Assembly: GCA_963662465.1 (NCBI GenBank)
Contig: OY759599.1
Coordinates: forward strand, 7,328,001 to 7,392,000
Source of the DNA: Desulfatiglandales bacterium
GTDB lineage: Bacteria; Desulfobacterota; DSM-4660; Desulfatiglandales; Desulfatiglandaceae
Length of the DNA: 64,000 bases
Direction of reading: 5' to 3'
Every line of letters starts with the position of its first letter. Within the stretch, counting starts at the first letter, position 1. Positions 9,176 through 17,952 of this stretch are shown piece after piece. The notes below the pieces were generated by a model. It was given only the letters and a program-made list of their open reading frames with translations. It had not been told where the DNA came from and did not search any database. A program made the position numbers and the translations under genes.

Positions 9176-10554
9176 TCCGACAATCCAAAAAAGATGCCAT
9201 TGTGGAATTGAAAAAAACCGGCATGAGTTTGCGCGACATCGCCAAAACCCTGAAGGCCGGTCGCAATACCGTCACGAAGGTTTTAGATGATCATGACGAA
9301 GAGGCGGTACCCCAAAGGAACTCCCGGTATGAAGAACATGTCCCGTTGATCCGCGAGCTTTTCAAGGAATGTAAAGGAAATGCCGTGCGAGTAGCCGAGG
9401 AACTGGAAAGCCGCCAACAGATCAAAATCCCTTATCAGAGTCTGACCTGGATTATGAGAAAGTACGAGATCCGGGAACGTAAAAAAAGACGGGCGGGCCA
9501 ATACCATTTTAAACCCGGTCAGGAGATGCAGCATGATACGTCACCCCATCTGGTTGTCATTAATGGGAAAAAAATGTCGACCCAGTGCGCGTCCCTGACC
9601 CTGGCCTTTTGCCGAAGGATTTTTATTCAGTATTACCCCTGTTTTACCCGGTTTGAGTGCAAGGTTTTCCTAAAAAAAGCATTCGAGTTTATGGACGGGG
9701 TGTGTTCCCGGTGCATGGTTGACAACACCAATGTTATTGTGGCCGGCGGCACCGGGCCTGATGCATTGATTGCGCCTGAAATGAAATACTTCGGCGATAT
9801 GTATGGAACCCGGTTTGAGGCCCATGCTGTAGGAGACGCCAATCGAAGTGCCCGTGTGGAAAGGCCTTTTCATTTTGTGGAAAACAATTTTCTTCCCGGT
9901 AGAACATTTGTTAGCTGGCAGGATTTGAACCGGCAGGCAATCGACTGGTGCCGGAATACAAGCGATAAAAAGTTTAAACGGGCTTTAGGGATGACGCCGG
10001 ATGAGGCCTATGTCATTGAAAAGCCATATCTCATTGATTTACCGGCATACCAGCCGCCAGTCTATGTGGCAGAACACAGGGTAGCCGATGTTCAGGGATA
10101 TGTGCACTTGGACACCAACCGCTATTCAGTCCCTGAAGCGCTGATTGGGAACTCCCTGGAAGTACAGAAACATTGGCTCAAGGTCATCGTTTACGACAAA
10201 AACACAAAAGTGGCGGAACATGACCGCATACTGGATAAACGCAACACCCGAACAACCCTGCCCGGTCACCATGTTCCCATTCGAAGAAAAAAAGATCCCC
10301 GAATCCCTTCAAAAGAAGAACAGCTGTTGACGGGAGAGGATGCCATCCTGGATGAGTATGTGGCTGAACTGAAGAAAAGAAGTCACGGTCGCGGTGTGGT
10401 CAAGTTACGTCGGTTGCTTCATCTGAAACGCACTTATCCCGGGGAACCTTTTTTGAAAGCCATAACACAGGCGCTTAAATATGGACTTTTTGATTTGTCG
10501 CGTCTGGAAAACATTATTCTCGATTATATCGCGGGAGACTTTTTTGATCTATGA
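9172..10554 (+). CDS. istA: IS21 transposase IstA
   Basis: N-terminal HTH; PGQEMQHD, MVDN and ARVERPF (DDE); NRYSVP. Confidence 0.93.
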   Translation: MIRQSKKDAIVELKKTGMSLRDIAKTLKAGRNTVTKVLDDHDEEAVPQRNSRYEEHVPLIRELFKECKGNAVRVAEELESRQQIKIPYQSLTWIMRKYEIRERKKRRAGQYHFKPGQEMQHDTSPHLVVINGKKMSTQCASLTLAFCRRIFIQYYPCFTRFECKVFLKKAFEFMDGVCSRCMVDNTNVIVAGGTGPDALIAPEMKYFGDMYGTRFEAHAVGDANRSARVERPFHFVENNFLPGRTFVSWQDLNRQAIDWCRNTSDKKFKRALGMTPDEAYVIEKPYLIDLPAYQPPVYVAEHRVADVQGYVHLDTNRYSVPEALIGNSLEVQKHWLKVIVYDKNTKVAEHDRILDKRNTRTTLPGHHVPIRRKKDPRIPSKEEQLLTGEDAILDEYVAELKKRSHGRGVVKLRRLLHLKRTYPGEPFLKAITQALKYGLFDLSRLENIILDYIAGDFFDL

Positions 10555-11270
10555 AAAAGAAAATTGAACAGTTACTCATTGATTTGAAGTTTAAAGGCAT
10601 GCTGAAGGCTCTCGAAGAACAGTTGGCTTCGGCTGAAAAGAACGGTTTTTCCATTCACGAGGTCATCTACAATCTCCTGGCTGAGGAATTACGTTTCCGG
10701 CAGGAGCGCAGCATGATCTATCGGGTCCAGATTGCAAAGCTTCCATGGGAATGGACCCTCAACTCCTTTCCGTTTGATCTTCAGCCGGGAATACAGAAGA
10801 GCCGGATCATGACGTTGTCCGGCCTTGACTTTATCAGCCGAAGAGAAAACATCGTGTTCCATGGAAAAACCGGCGTCGGCAAAACGGGATTGGCCGTGGG
10901 GATCCTTCGTCAAGCCATTATTGCCGGGTACCGGGGGCGTTTTTATAATGTTCAGGATTTGCTGGATCAGCTCTATGCGTCTTTGGCAGATCGGTCCACC
11001 CCGAAACTCCTCAATGCCCTTTGCAGATATGACCTGCTTCTGCTCGATGAACTGGGATACCTGACCCTCAAAAAAGAGCAGATGAACGCCTTTTTTAAAC
11101 TCATGAAAGATCGCTATGAAGCCGGTCGGTCCACAATTATTACGACCAATCTTCAACCTGAACAATGGTATTCGCTGCTTGAACCAAAGGACATGGTCGA
11201 TGCCTTGCTGGATCGTCTCAACCATCGCTGCATCAACATTCATATTGATGGTCCTTCCCTCAGAAAATGA
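10551..11270 (+). CDS. istB: IS21 helper AAA+ ATPase IstB
   Basis: Walker A GKTGVGKT, Walker B LLLLDELGY, IITTN, ALLDRL, GPSLR. Confidence 0.95.
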   Translation: MKKKIEQLLIDLKFKGMLKALEEQLASAEKNGFSIHEVIYNLLAEELRFRQERSMIYRVQIAKLPWEWTLNSFPFDLQPGIQKSRIMTLSGLDFISRRENIVFHGKTGVGKTGLAVGILRQAIIAGYRGRFYNVQDLLDQLYASLADRSTPKLLNALCRYDLLLLDELGYLTLKKEQMNAFFKLMKDRYEAGRSTIITTNLQPEQWYSLLEPKDMVDALLDRLNHRCINIHIDGPSLRK

Positions 11271-11368
11271 GATGTTCGCCAAAGGGCCGGTTTTGAGGTC
11301 TGAATATCACCGGTCTGTTTGAATCTCGTTACACGAATATCAGAAATTACCTTGTCTTGGAGCTTGAA

Positions 11369-11566
11369 ATGAGAGGTGGAAAACGGGTAGGCGCCGGCCG
11401 AAGAAAGAAACCGGAACATTTGAGACGTGAACTGCTCACCATTCGTCTCCCCAAATGGATGATTCTACAGCTGAAAAAAAACGGGGAAATTGGATATTTG
11501 ATTGAGGATCAATTGGCGAAGGGAGGCCTCCTGAATTTACCGGACGACTATGACATAGACAAATAG
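11369..11566 (+). CDS. Small basic hypothetical protein (possible DNA binder) inside IS21
   Basis: MRGGKRVGAGRRKKP followed by LTIRLP (RHH-like strand); GGAG SD. Confidence 0.55.
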   Translation: MRGGKRVGAGRRKKPEHLRRELLTIRLPKWMILQLKKNGEIGYLIEDQLAKGGLLNLPDDYDIDK

Positions 11567-11835
11567 TTCCTCAATAAGCATTGCCCTTAACCGAAAAATC
11601 TAATCCCCTCTTCTCTGCCATCACCATATTGATGGTATCCTCATCACTGATTCTTCAACCAGAACGCTACGTGTCTCACCAGCATTTTTAAAATACCATC
11701 TGATATACTCTTTCATGCAACCTCTAACAAATTTACAAGAAAACCCTTCTAAAAGGAAAAGACCAGTGCGCAATATCTGGTTCCGTTTGGAGTAGCAAAA
11801 CTGGTTCCATTTTGGTTAGCGCCCAAGAAAAAACC

Positions 11836-12708
11836 GGCGAAAAGACCTATTACCAGCAGATGCTGGGGGCAGCGATTGTGCATCCCGATTTCAAAGAGGT
11901 CATTCCGCTTGCTCCGGAATTCATAGTAAAGCAGGACGGCCAAAGCAAAAACGACTGTGAGCGTAATGCAGCGAAACGTTTCTTGAGTAAGCTGAAAAGG
12001 GATCATCCGCATCTGTCTCTCATCATTACAGAAGACGCGTTAAGTTCGAATGCACCCCATATAGAGGAAATACAAAAGCAAAACTTTCATTATATTCTGG
12101 GAGTTAAACGAGGCGATCATCCTTTCTTATTTAATCATGTCGAACAAGCGCGGGTAAATGGTGGCGTTACTGAATTCGAATTGGTCGACAAAGAGGATCC
12201 GGAAAAAACGCATCGCTTCCGATTCCTTAACCATGTACCTCTCAACGCCTCTAACAAGGATGTACTGGTTAACTTTCTGGAATATTGGGAAATTACACCG
12301 GAAAAAACACAGCATTTCAGTTGGGTGACTGATTTTATCATAGAAAAGGACAATGCATACGAGCTGATGCGAGGCGGTCGTGCGAGATGGAAGATCGAAA
12401 ATGAAACCTTCAATACTCTTAAAAACCAAGGTTATCATTTTGAACATAACTTCGGCCTTGGCAAGAAGAATCTGAGTGTTGTTTTCGCGATGCTCATGAT
12501 GATTGCATTTCTGGTTGATCAAACGCAGCAGCTTTGTTGTCCCTTATTTCGAGCTGCATGGCAGAAACTCGGTTCCAAAAGAGAATTATGGGAACGTATG
12601 AGAGCTCTGTTTAAAGATTTTGAATTCAAATCCATGAGGATGCTCTATGAAGCTCTCTATTATGGTGTGAAATTCCAAGCGCCAGTCATTTTGTATGACA
12701 CTGGGTGA
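11836..12708 (+). pseudogene. Transposase C-terminal part (ISNCY-like), interrupted
   Basis: KNDCERNAAKR, TEDAL and GRARWKIENETFNTLKNQGY. Rejoins 6620-7102 in frame to give 451 aa. Confidence 0.88.
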
Positions 12709-12956
12709 ATTTGCGATGTCCAATTTGCATACAAGAGTGCTCTCAATAAAAAATCTGGAGTTTCCGGAAATGGATATCTCTGTCCTGACTCAGATCTTTT
12801 TACGTTCTTTCTCTTCTGGAAAGCCTCAATCTGTGAAAAATCGAAGGAGCCAACAGTGAATTTGGAGTAATCTTCTGAAAAGTTTTTGATCTCACCGTTT
12901 ATTTTTCAAATTTGTGTTACAAACTCGGTGAGTAAATTCCTGAGCGGGAATTGCTG

Positions 12957-13539
12957 ATTTGATGCCTTGTTTGTCGAGCTGGAGTTGAATGGCATTGTGG
13001 CCGTTGAAATAGAATTCTGCACGAAAAGGAAGGTAGGAAGAGATTTTGAGGTAGCAGAGGCCACCGAGAAGGGCATCGTGCAAGTAGATGTAATACTGCT
13101 TCACCGGCTTTCTGCAGTCATAGATTCGTTCATAGGGCTTTCCGGCTTTTGAAGTGAGTTGCCTGCAGGCAAATGTTCTAACCGGTTCTTTGTCCGTAAG
13201 GATGCAAAACACATGGTTTCCTTTTCCTGTAAAGGCCTTGGCGTATTTTTGTTCCACGAATTTTGATTTTGCGCCGTCAGTGCCACCCCCTTCAGAGGGC
13301 CACCAGTGAATGGGGATATTGTTGTTCCGGGCTACCTTTTGAATATGACCATTGAGTTGGTCGGTTAGAATCCTCATTACACCGTTTGACAATCCTTTGA
13401 ATCCGAGAGTCCTGAGGAGCCTGACAATGCCTGCTGGAGAAAAGAGGGAGAGAATGTAGCCTCGAATAATAACCCGATCGAAGCAGAAATATTTGAACTT
13501 GATATTTTCTGAGAATTGATTCAAAAATGAATTCTTCAT
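12957..13539 (-). pseudogene. N-terminal part of the unclassified putative transposase
   Basis: GGAGGA SD before MKNSF; CFDRVIIRGY, KQYYIYLHD, ISSYLPF...YFNGH. Cut at the 9-bp TSD. Confidence 0.8.
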
Positions 13540-13767
13540 GGGTGTATCCTCCGGTGAGGGAATGTTAGCTAAACAATCCATACCGGATCACCCATGAAAT
13601 TTCAAATCAAAGAATGGGATTTTAGGCAGGGGGTTAAGAGACTTCAGGATGGTCAGATGACGCCAAAAGCTTCATCAACTTTAATATCCGGGATTTGCCC
13701 CGGCCAAAAATATAACCATCATGTCATTAGCCCCCTGCCTACAGCCCTTTTCGGAACTTTAGTTTGG

Positions 13768-14153
13768 TAAATATATGAGGCTTTTCCAGAATTGTCCGAT
13801 TCCTGATGGAGCTTTTTGACCCCCGGCATTTTCTCGGCTTCCTTGCTGATTTTGATGCCATCGCCAGCCAATAGCAATCGGCCATCAATCTTAACCAGTG
13901 GGCAACTGGAGAGAACAATTTTCCACCAGCGGTGCATGATGGTTTTCAATTCCCAGGACGATGCTCTGAAAAACCCGAGAAGAGACGTGTAAAACCGAGG
14001 TTCAATGCCCAACCATCGGATAAAAGAGCTGACGCCATATTGGTCCAGCCTGACGGTAAAGCCAAAAATTACAATCACGAACCAGTCAAAAGTTGCCCTG
14101 CGGCTGAAACAGGATCTGAATTGTTCGAGTATCCAACTGATCTCGCTTATCAT
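13768..14153 (-). pseudogene. Truncated IS701/IS4-like DDE transposase (N-terminal ~128 aa)
   Basis: FRSCFSRRATFDWF and LAGDGIKISKEAEKMPGVKKLHQES. Similarity ends abruptly at GKASYIY. Confidence 0.75.
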
Positions 14154-14486
14154 AACGCCCTCCTTTGTCGCTCAGTGTATGACCGTAAAGCGAATGTATT
14201 CGGGGCTGTCCTGGTAAACGTCTGGCTGGCTTTAGCCTTTTTTAAAATGGCCGAAACAATAGAGTCACGGTCCAGATCTACATCGTAAACCTCTTTGGCC
14301 AATCGGACGATGTCGGTCACATGCAAGGGCTTTCCGGCATCATAAAGTACGTTGTGGGCGATCTCAATCTTTGACGTACGTTTTTTTAGGCCTTGTCCTA
14401 TCTCCTTTTTGGAATTGTTCGATAACTTTGAGCTCTGATTCTACAACTTCTTTTTTAAACTGAAGATATTGCTTAAATTGATCCAT
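14150..14486 (-). pseudogene. Small wHTH (HARE-HTH-like) gene coupled to the IS701-like transposase, frameshifted in an A7 run
   Basis: Not in the ORF track. MDQFKQYL...RPKK joins RTSKIEIAHNVLYDAGKPLHVTDIV...FTRTAPNTFAL if one T is removed from 14381-14387. GGAGG SD; ATGA overlap with the transposase. Confidence 0.65.
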
Positions 14487-15106
14487 AGTGATACCCTCCT
14501 TTTATCGTGAACTAGAAGAAGGATACAGGGAAACATAATGTATGTCAATAATTTTTTAATGTACGTTGATATATTTTTTAGAAACATAAAATTTAAAGGT
14601 TATTATACGGTTTTCATGTTCGCAGTCAACGTACATAATAGAGAAAGTTACGTAGTGCTATTGGGATCAGCAGCCTGCGAAGAACACTAGACTCTCAAGA
14701 TATAATACATCGATTTTGAAAAGGAAGTTAACCGAAAATTATTTTTCGGATAAATTCAGGAAAGTATTTTTAAGGACCTGAGTGATCTGGCATCGGCTAC
14801 TAACTAAAAAAGGGAAACCCTTCATTATTTTCTTGCAATTCTTGAGAGAAGTTGATAATCAAAAATTCAATAATGAAGAAAATAAACCAGAAACTCATCT
14901 TAAAAACCCAGATTGATGGAGCCGAAAAACAAAGGTCGGAATGGAGTTCGGGTAACGAGAACCAGGAACGCCTGAAGGTTTTCGAGTGGGAGGCTTTTCA
15001 GGGAAACCGTAAATTCTTAAACTGTTAGGAATTAAGAGGTTCTGGTAGGTATTTTTGGCATTATTTAAACCCCATTAATTTTTATTTTTATAAGGAGGAA
15101 TTGACC

Positions 15107-16363
15107 ATGTATAAGAAGCTATTTCCTGTCATCGTGATTGGCCTTTTGATGTTTCTTGTTCCACTCTCAGCCCAATCGGAGGGGATTCCTCTCCAGAAAG
15201 ATGTGTTCCTCGGTTCTCCAATTCTGGCGCCTGAGGACCTCCCAGGGGAGATTACATTTACTCTCTATGATTCAAAAACGGGGATTGAGTCTCTCGGATC
15301 TCAATCTTTTGTTCGCGGTCAGTACACCGTCGAGTTTGAATTCAGTAAATCAGATGGGATCTCAAGCGGCAACATTGCAAGGATAAACGCCAATTTTACC
15401 AATACACTGAATCTTAAGGATGCTGAAGGAAATGTTCTTCGGCCCAAAGAAATCTGGGCGGCGCTCGAAGTGGCCGGTGCTGAAGTTGGCGAGCGAAGCA
15501 AAGTTTCAGATGATACTTTGGTGCAGCTTCTTTTGGCCAGCGATGCCTCAATTGCGACGTATCTGACTTTGGCCTATGAGGGGGATGATAACCCAATCAC
15601 GACGATTTATAAAAGTTTGCCTATTTCTTCTGTGGCCGGTGATAATGCTACTTCGCTGAGTGATTATTTTAGTGTTATTGCGGCTGGTGGTCAGGTGATT
15701 GCTAGCGCGGATGCGAGGGAAAATGCTTATTGGACGCTTGGCGCCAGTAGTTCTGCATACTACAATAGCGGCAATGTTGGCATTGGGACATCAAGCCCCA
15801 GTGCCAAGCTTGATGTAGATCGTGGGAATATCGAATTGACTCCAGGCCAGGGACTTGTCTCTACCAGCAGCTCTACCGCTTATTTGTTCCGATATGGATT
15901 AGATTACTTCACGTTGTATACTGTTCCAGGGGATGGGAGCGGTGGGTTTAAAATTTTTGACAGGTTTCGCTCTACGGATATGGCTGTCTTCAAAGAAGGC
16001 GGTTTCGTCGGGATTGGTACCACTAATCCGGAGTATATGCTTACGGTAAACGGTTCTATCGGATGTAAGGAGTTGACGGTTAGTTCAGATTTGACTAGAT
16101 GGGCTGATTTTGTTTTCCAGGAAAGCTATCGATTACTTCCTTTGGAGGAGGTTGAAACCTTTATCGGTGAGAATAAGCATCTACCGGGGATTCCATCAGA
16201 AGTCGAAGTGAAAAAAATGGGAATCAATCTCGGGGAGATAAGCTCGAAATTGTTGCAGAAAATTGAAGAACTGACATTGTATATGATTGAATTGAAAAAG
16301 GAGAACGAGGCACTGAAAAGTCAAATGGGGAGAATTGAGGGACAGTTGTTGGATAGTAAGTAG
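15107..16363 (+). CDS. Secreted fibre-like protein with GNVGIGT repeats and a C-terminal chaperone/coiled-coil domain
   Basis: TAAGGAGG SD, signal peptide, GNVGIGTSSP and GFVGIGTTNP, WADFVF...HLPGIPS...LLQKIEELTLYMIE. Confidence 0.75.
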   Translation: MYKKLFPVIVIGLLMFLVPLSAQSEGIPLQKDVFLGSPILAPEDLPGEITFTLYDSKTGIESLGSQSFVRGQYTVEFEFSKSDGISSGNIARINANFTNTLNLKDAEGNVLRPKEIWAALEVAGAEVGERSKVSDDTLVQLLLASDASIATYLTLAYEGDDNPITTIYKSLPISSVAGDNATSLSDYFSVIAAGGQVIASADARENAYWTLGASSSAYYNSGNVGIGTSSPSAKLDVDRGNIELTPGQGLVSTSSSTAYLFRYGLDYFTLYTVPGDGSGGFKIFDRFRSTDMAVFKEGGFVGIGTTNPEYMLTVNGSIGCKELTVSSDLTRWADFVFQESYRLLPLEEVETFIGENKHLPGIPSEVEVKKMGINLGEISSKLLQKIEELTLYMIELKKENEALKSQMGRIEGQLLDSK

Positions 16364-16418
16364 TAAGGAGGTGTTGCTTTCCATCGGGAAAGTGGGAGTC
16401 TCTGTTTGAAGAGGGATC

Positions 16419-16467
16419 GGCAAGCGCCCATGAGTTTGGATGAGTTGGGTGCTTGCCTTTTTTTTTT
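16419..16467 (+). terminator. Intrinsic terminator
   Basis: Stem GGCAAGCGCCCA/TGGGTGCTTGCC followed by T10. Confidence 0.75.
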
Positions 16468-16677
16468 GTTGGCTTAGTTTGATGAGTTTGAAAGAGCTTC
16501 GGGATAAGATTTTCACCTTCTTGTGTTTTAAGAACTCCAGAATATTCGGTATCCTTCAAAGAGGTGTAAAAGTATTTTACACTTTCTGTAGGTGCAGCTA
16601 AAGCTCCCCCAGCAGATAGTACAAATGTTTGGAAATCCCCCAAGTGAAGGCGTTTCATTGGAATAATATACGGAGCC

Positions 16678-17892
16678 ATGATTATGAGGGAAATTTTAGT
16701 GTTTAGCCCCAACGTTTTTCAGAGTTACGGCCATAATTCTGATTATGTGAGTGGATTGGTTGGCGGCTTTGAAAAAATGGGATTTTCGATTCGGATCGTT
16801 GCGTACGAAGGTGATCATTGTTTATCGACAAAAAATAGTGCAAAAATTCAAACTTTAAAGCGAGACCATTTTCAGAATTCAAGAACCCATCTAGGGATGC
16901 TAGGAAATGTTATTTGGGGGCTAAACAGGTTTAAACATGAGAAAAAACTTTATGAAATGCTTCATGGTATTTTAGCTGATAACGATGATATTGTCATAAT
17001 TTTCGAAAGTTTTGAGTATATTTGTTTGTATGCATTTTTAAAAAAAAATAGATTTAATAATCAATATTGCTGTATATTTCATGATACGAATTTCAGCTTT
17101 TCCCAAACATCATTGATTGCTTCAGTGTATAAAACTTTCGTAAAACATATGGTAAGAGCAATCATCAGAAATTCCAGATGTGTTTTTGTCCATGGTTCAT
17201 ATATGCAAAAGAATTTGGTGGCTTTGCTAAAACTCAAAGAATTTAATTGCGAGAAAAAGGTTTCTGTAATTCCCTACGGCAGCCAGCTTCCTGATTACCG
17301 GAAAATTGCAGATTATAATGATTCAAAAGCAAAGTTGGGTTTACCTGCAGATAAGAGAATCTTGTTGGCTTTTGGAACAATTAGAAGCGATAAGCAGTAT
17401 GATTTGCTTCTTGACCAATTTTCTCAAACGGAAGGATGGGTTTTGCACATCGCCGGGCCTGAAGGAGATTTGACATATGGTTACCTGCAAAATATTATTC
17501 GCGGACGCAGTTTGGATGGTAAGGTTTTTCTCTCCAATAAATTTGTTGATGCACTGGAACAGCAAACGTATTTCGGCGCTTCGGATCTTGTCGTTAATAT
17601 TTATGCGGATGAGATCAGGCATGAAAGCGGTACCGCACAGCTAGCAAGAGCCTTTCTAAAGCCGATTATTGTGGCAGGTCCACCCGATCTGGTAGAATAT
17701 GTTCATCGGAATAGGATCGGTTGGTCCCTTGATGGTTCGGTAGGAAATTCTCTTAAAAGCATATTGAATGAATTTTCGTGTATGGATGAAAAGAAACGAA
17801 GGCGTTTGTATAAAAGCATTGAAACGTGTTCGATTGAAAGATCCTGGAACAAGGTGACAGAGAAAATTTTGAGTGAAATTTCGGGTCGCTAA
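16678..17892 (+). CDS. Glycosyltransferase, GT-B fold (GT4-like)
   Basis: LLAFGTIRSDKQ, LHIAG, ASDLVV...ESG...KPII. Confidence 0.8.
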   Translation: MIMREILVFSPNVFQSYGHNSDYVSGLVGGFEKMGFSIRIVAYEGDHCLSTKNSAKIQTLKRDHFQNSRTHLGMLGNVIWGLNRFKHEKKLYEMLHGILADNDDIVIIFESFEYICLYAFLKKNRFNNQYCCIFHDTNFSFSQTSLIASVYKTFVKHMVRAIIRNSRCVFVHGSYMQKNLVALLKLKEFNCEKKVSVIPYGSQLPDYRKIADYNDSKAKLGLPADKRILLAFGTIRSDKQYDLLLDQFSQTEGWVLHIAGPEGDLTYGYLQNIIRGRSLDGKVFLSNKFVDALEQQTYFGASDLVVNIYADEIRHESGTAQLARAFLKPIIVAGPPDLVEYVHRNRIGWSLDGSVGNSLKSILNEFSCMDEKKRRRLYKSIETCSIERSWNKVTEKILSEISGR

Positions 17893-17952
17893 ATTGTTGA
17901 GGGTCAAGGATGTGGTTCCAAAATTTCGTATAGAAATACTTATTTCAAACTG

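Larger units (their letters stand above)
7103..11827 (+). mobile_element. IS21-family element (4725 bp) with passenger genes
   Basis: Imperfect IRs CTTCAACGCTAATCAAAACTGAACCA and rc CTTGGGCGCTAACCAAAATGGAACCA, with subterminal GAACCA repeats. 8-bp TSD AAAAAACC at 7095-7102 and 11828-11835. Contains istA and istB. Confidence 0.92.
6431..12956 (+). mobile_element. ISNCY (ISDol1-like, tentative) DDE insertion sequence, about 1.79 kb, interrupted by the IS21 element
   Basis: Perfect 16-bp IR CAGCAATTCCCGCTCA / TGAGCGGGAATTGCTG; 9-bp TSD ATTTGATGC at 6422-6430 and 12957-12965. Confidence 0.9.
5300..14757 (-). mobile_element. Remnant IS5-type element ends enclosing the nested IS stack
   Basis: 5300-5316 GAATCTATCCCAAAAAT is a 16/17 match to the IR of the element at 24721. 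14700-14757 is an inverted, near-identical copy of the first ~58 bp of that element. Confidence 0.65.

Noticed and set aside
11327..11343. GTTACACG as a possible parS site for the ParB protein
   Set aside because: Only a half-site; the palindromic second half is missing.
14920..15040. Possible riboswitch upstream of the secreted fibre-like gene
   Set aside because: One imperfect hairpin (CCTGAAGG...CTTTTCAGG) and no recognisable aptamer consensus; an Rfam scan would be needed.
15107..16363. Prophage tail fibre
   Set aside because: It has a signal peptide and there are no other phage genes in the window.
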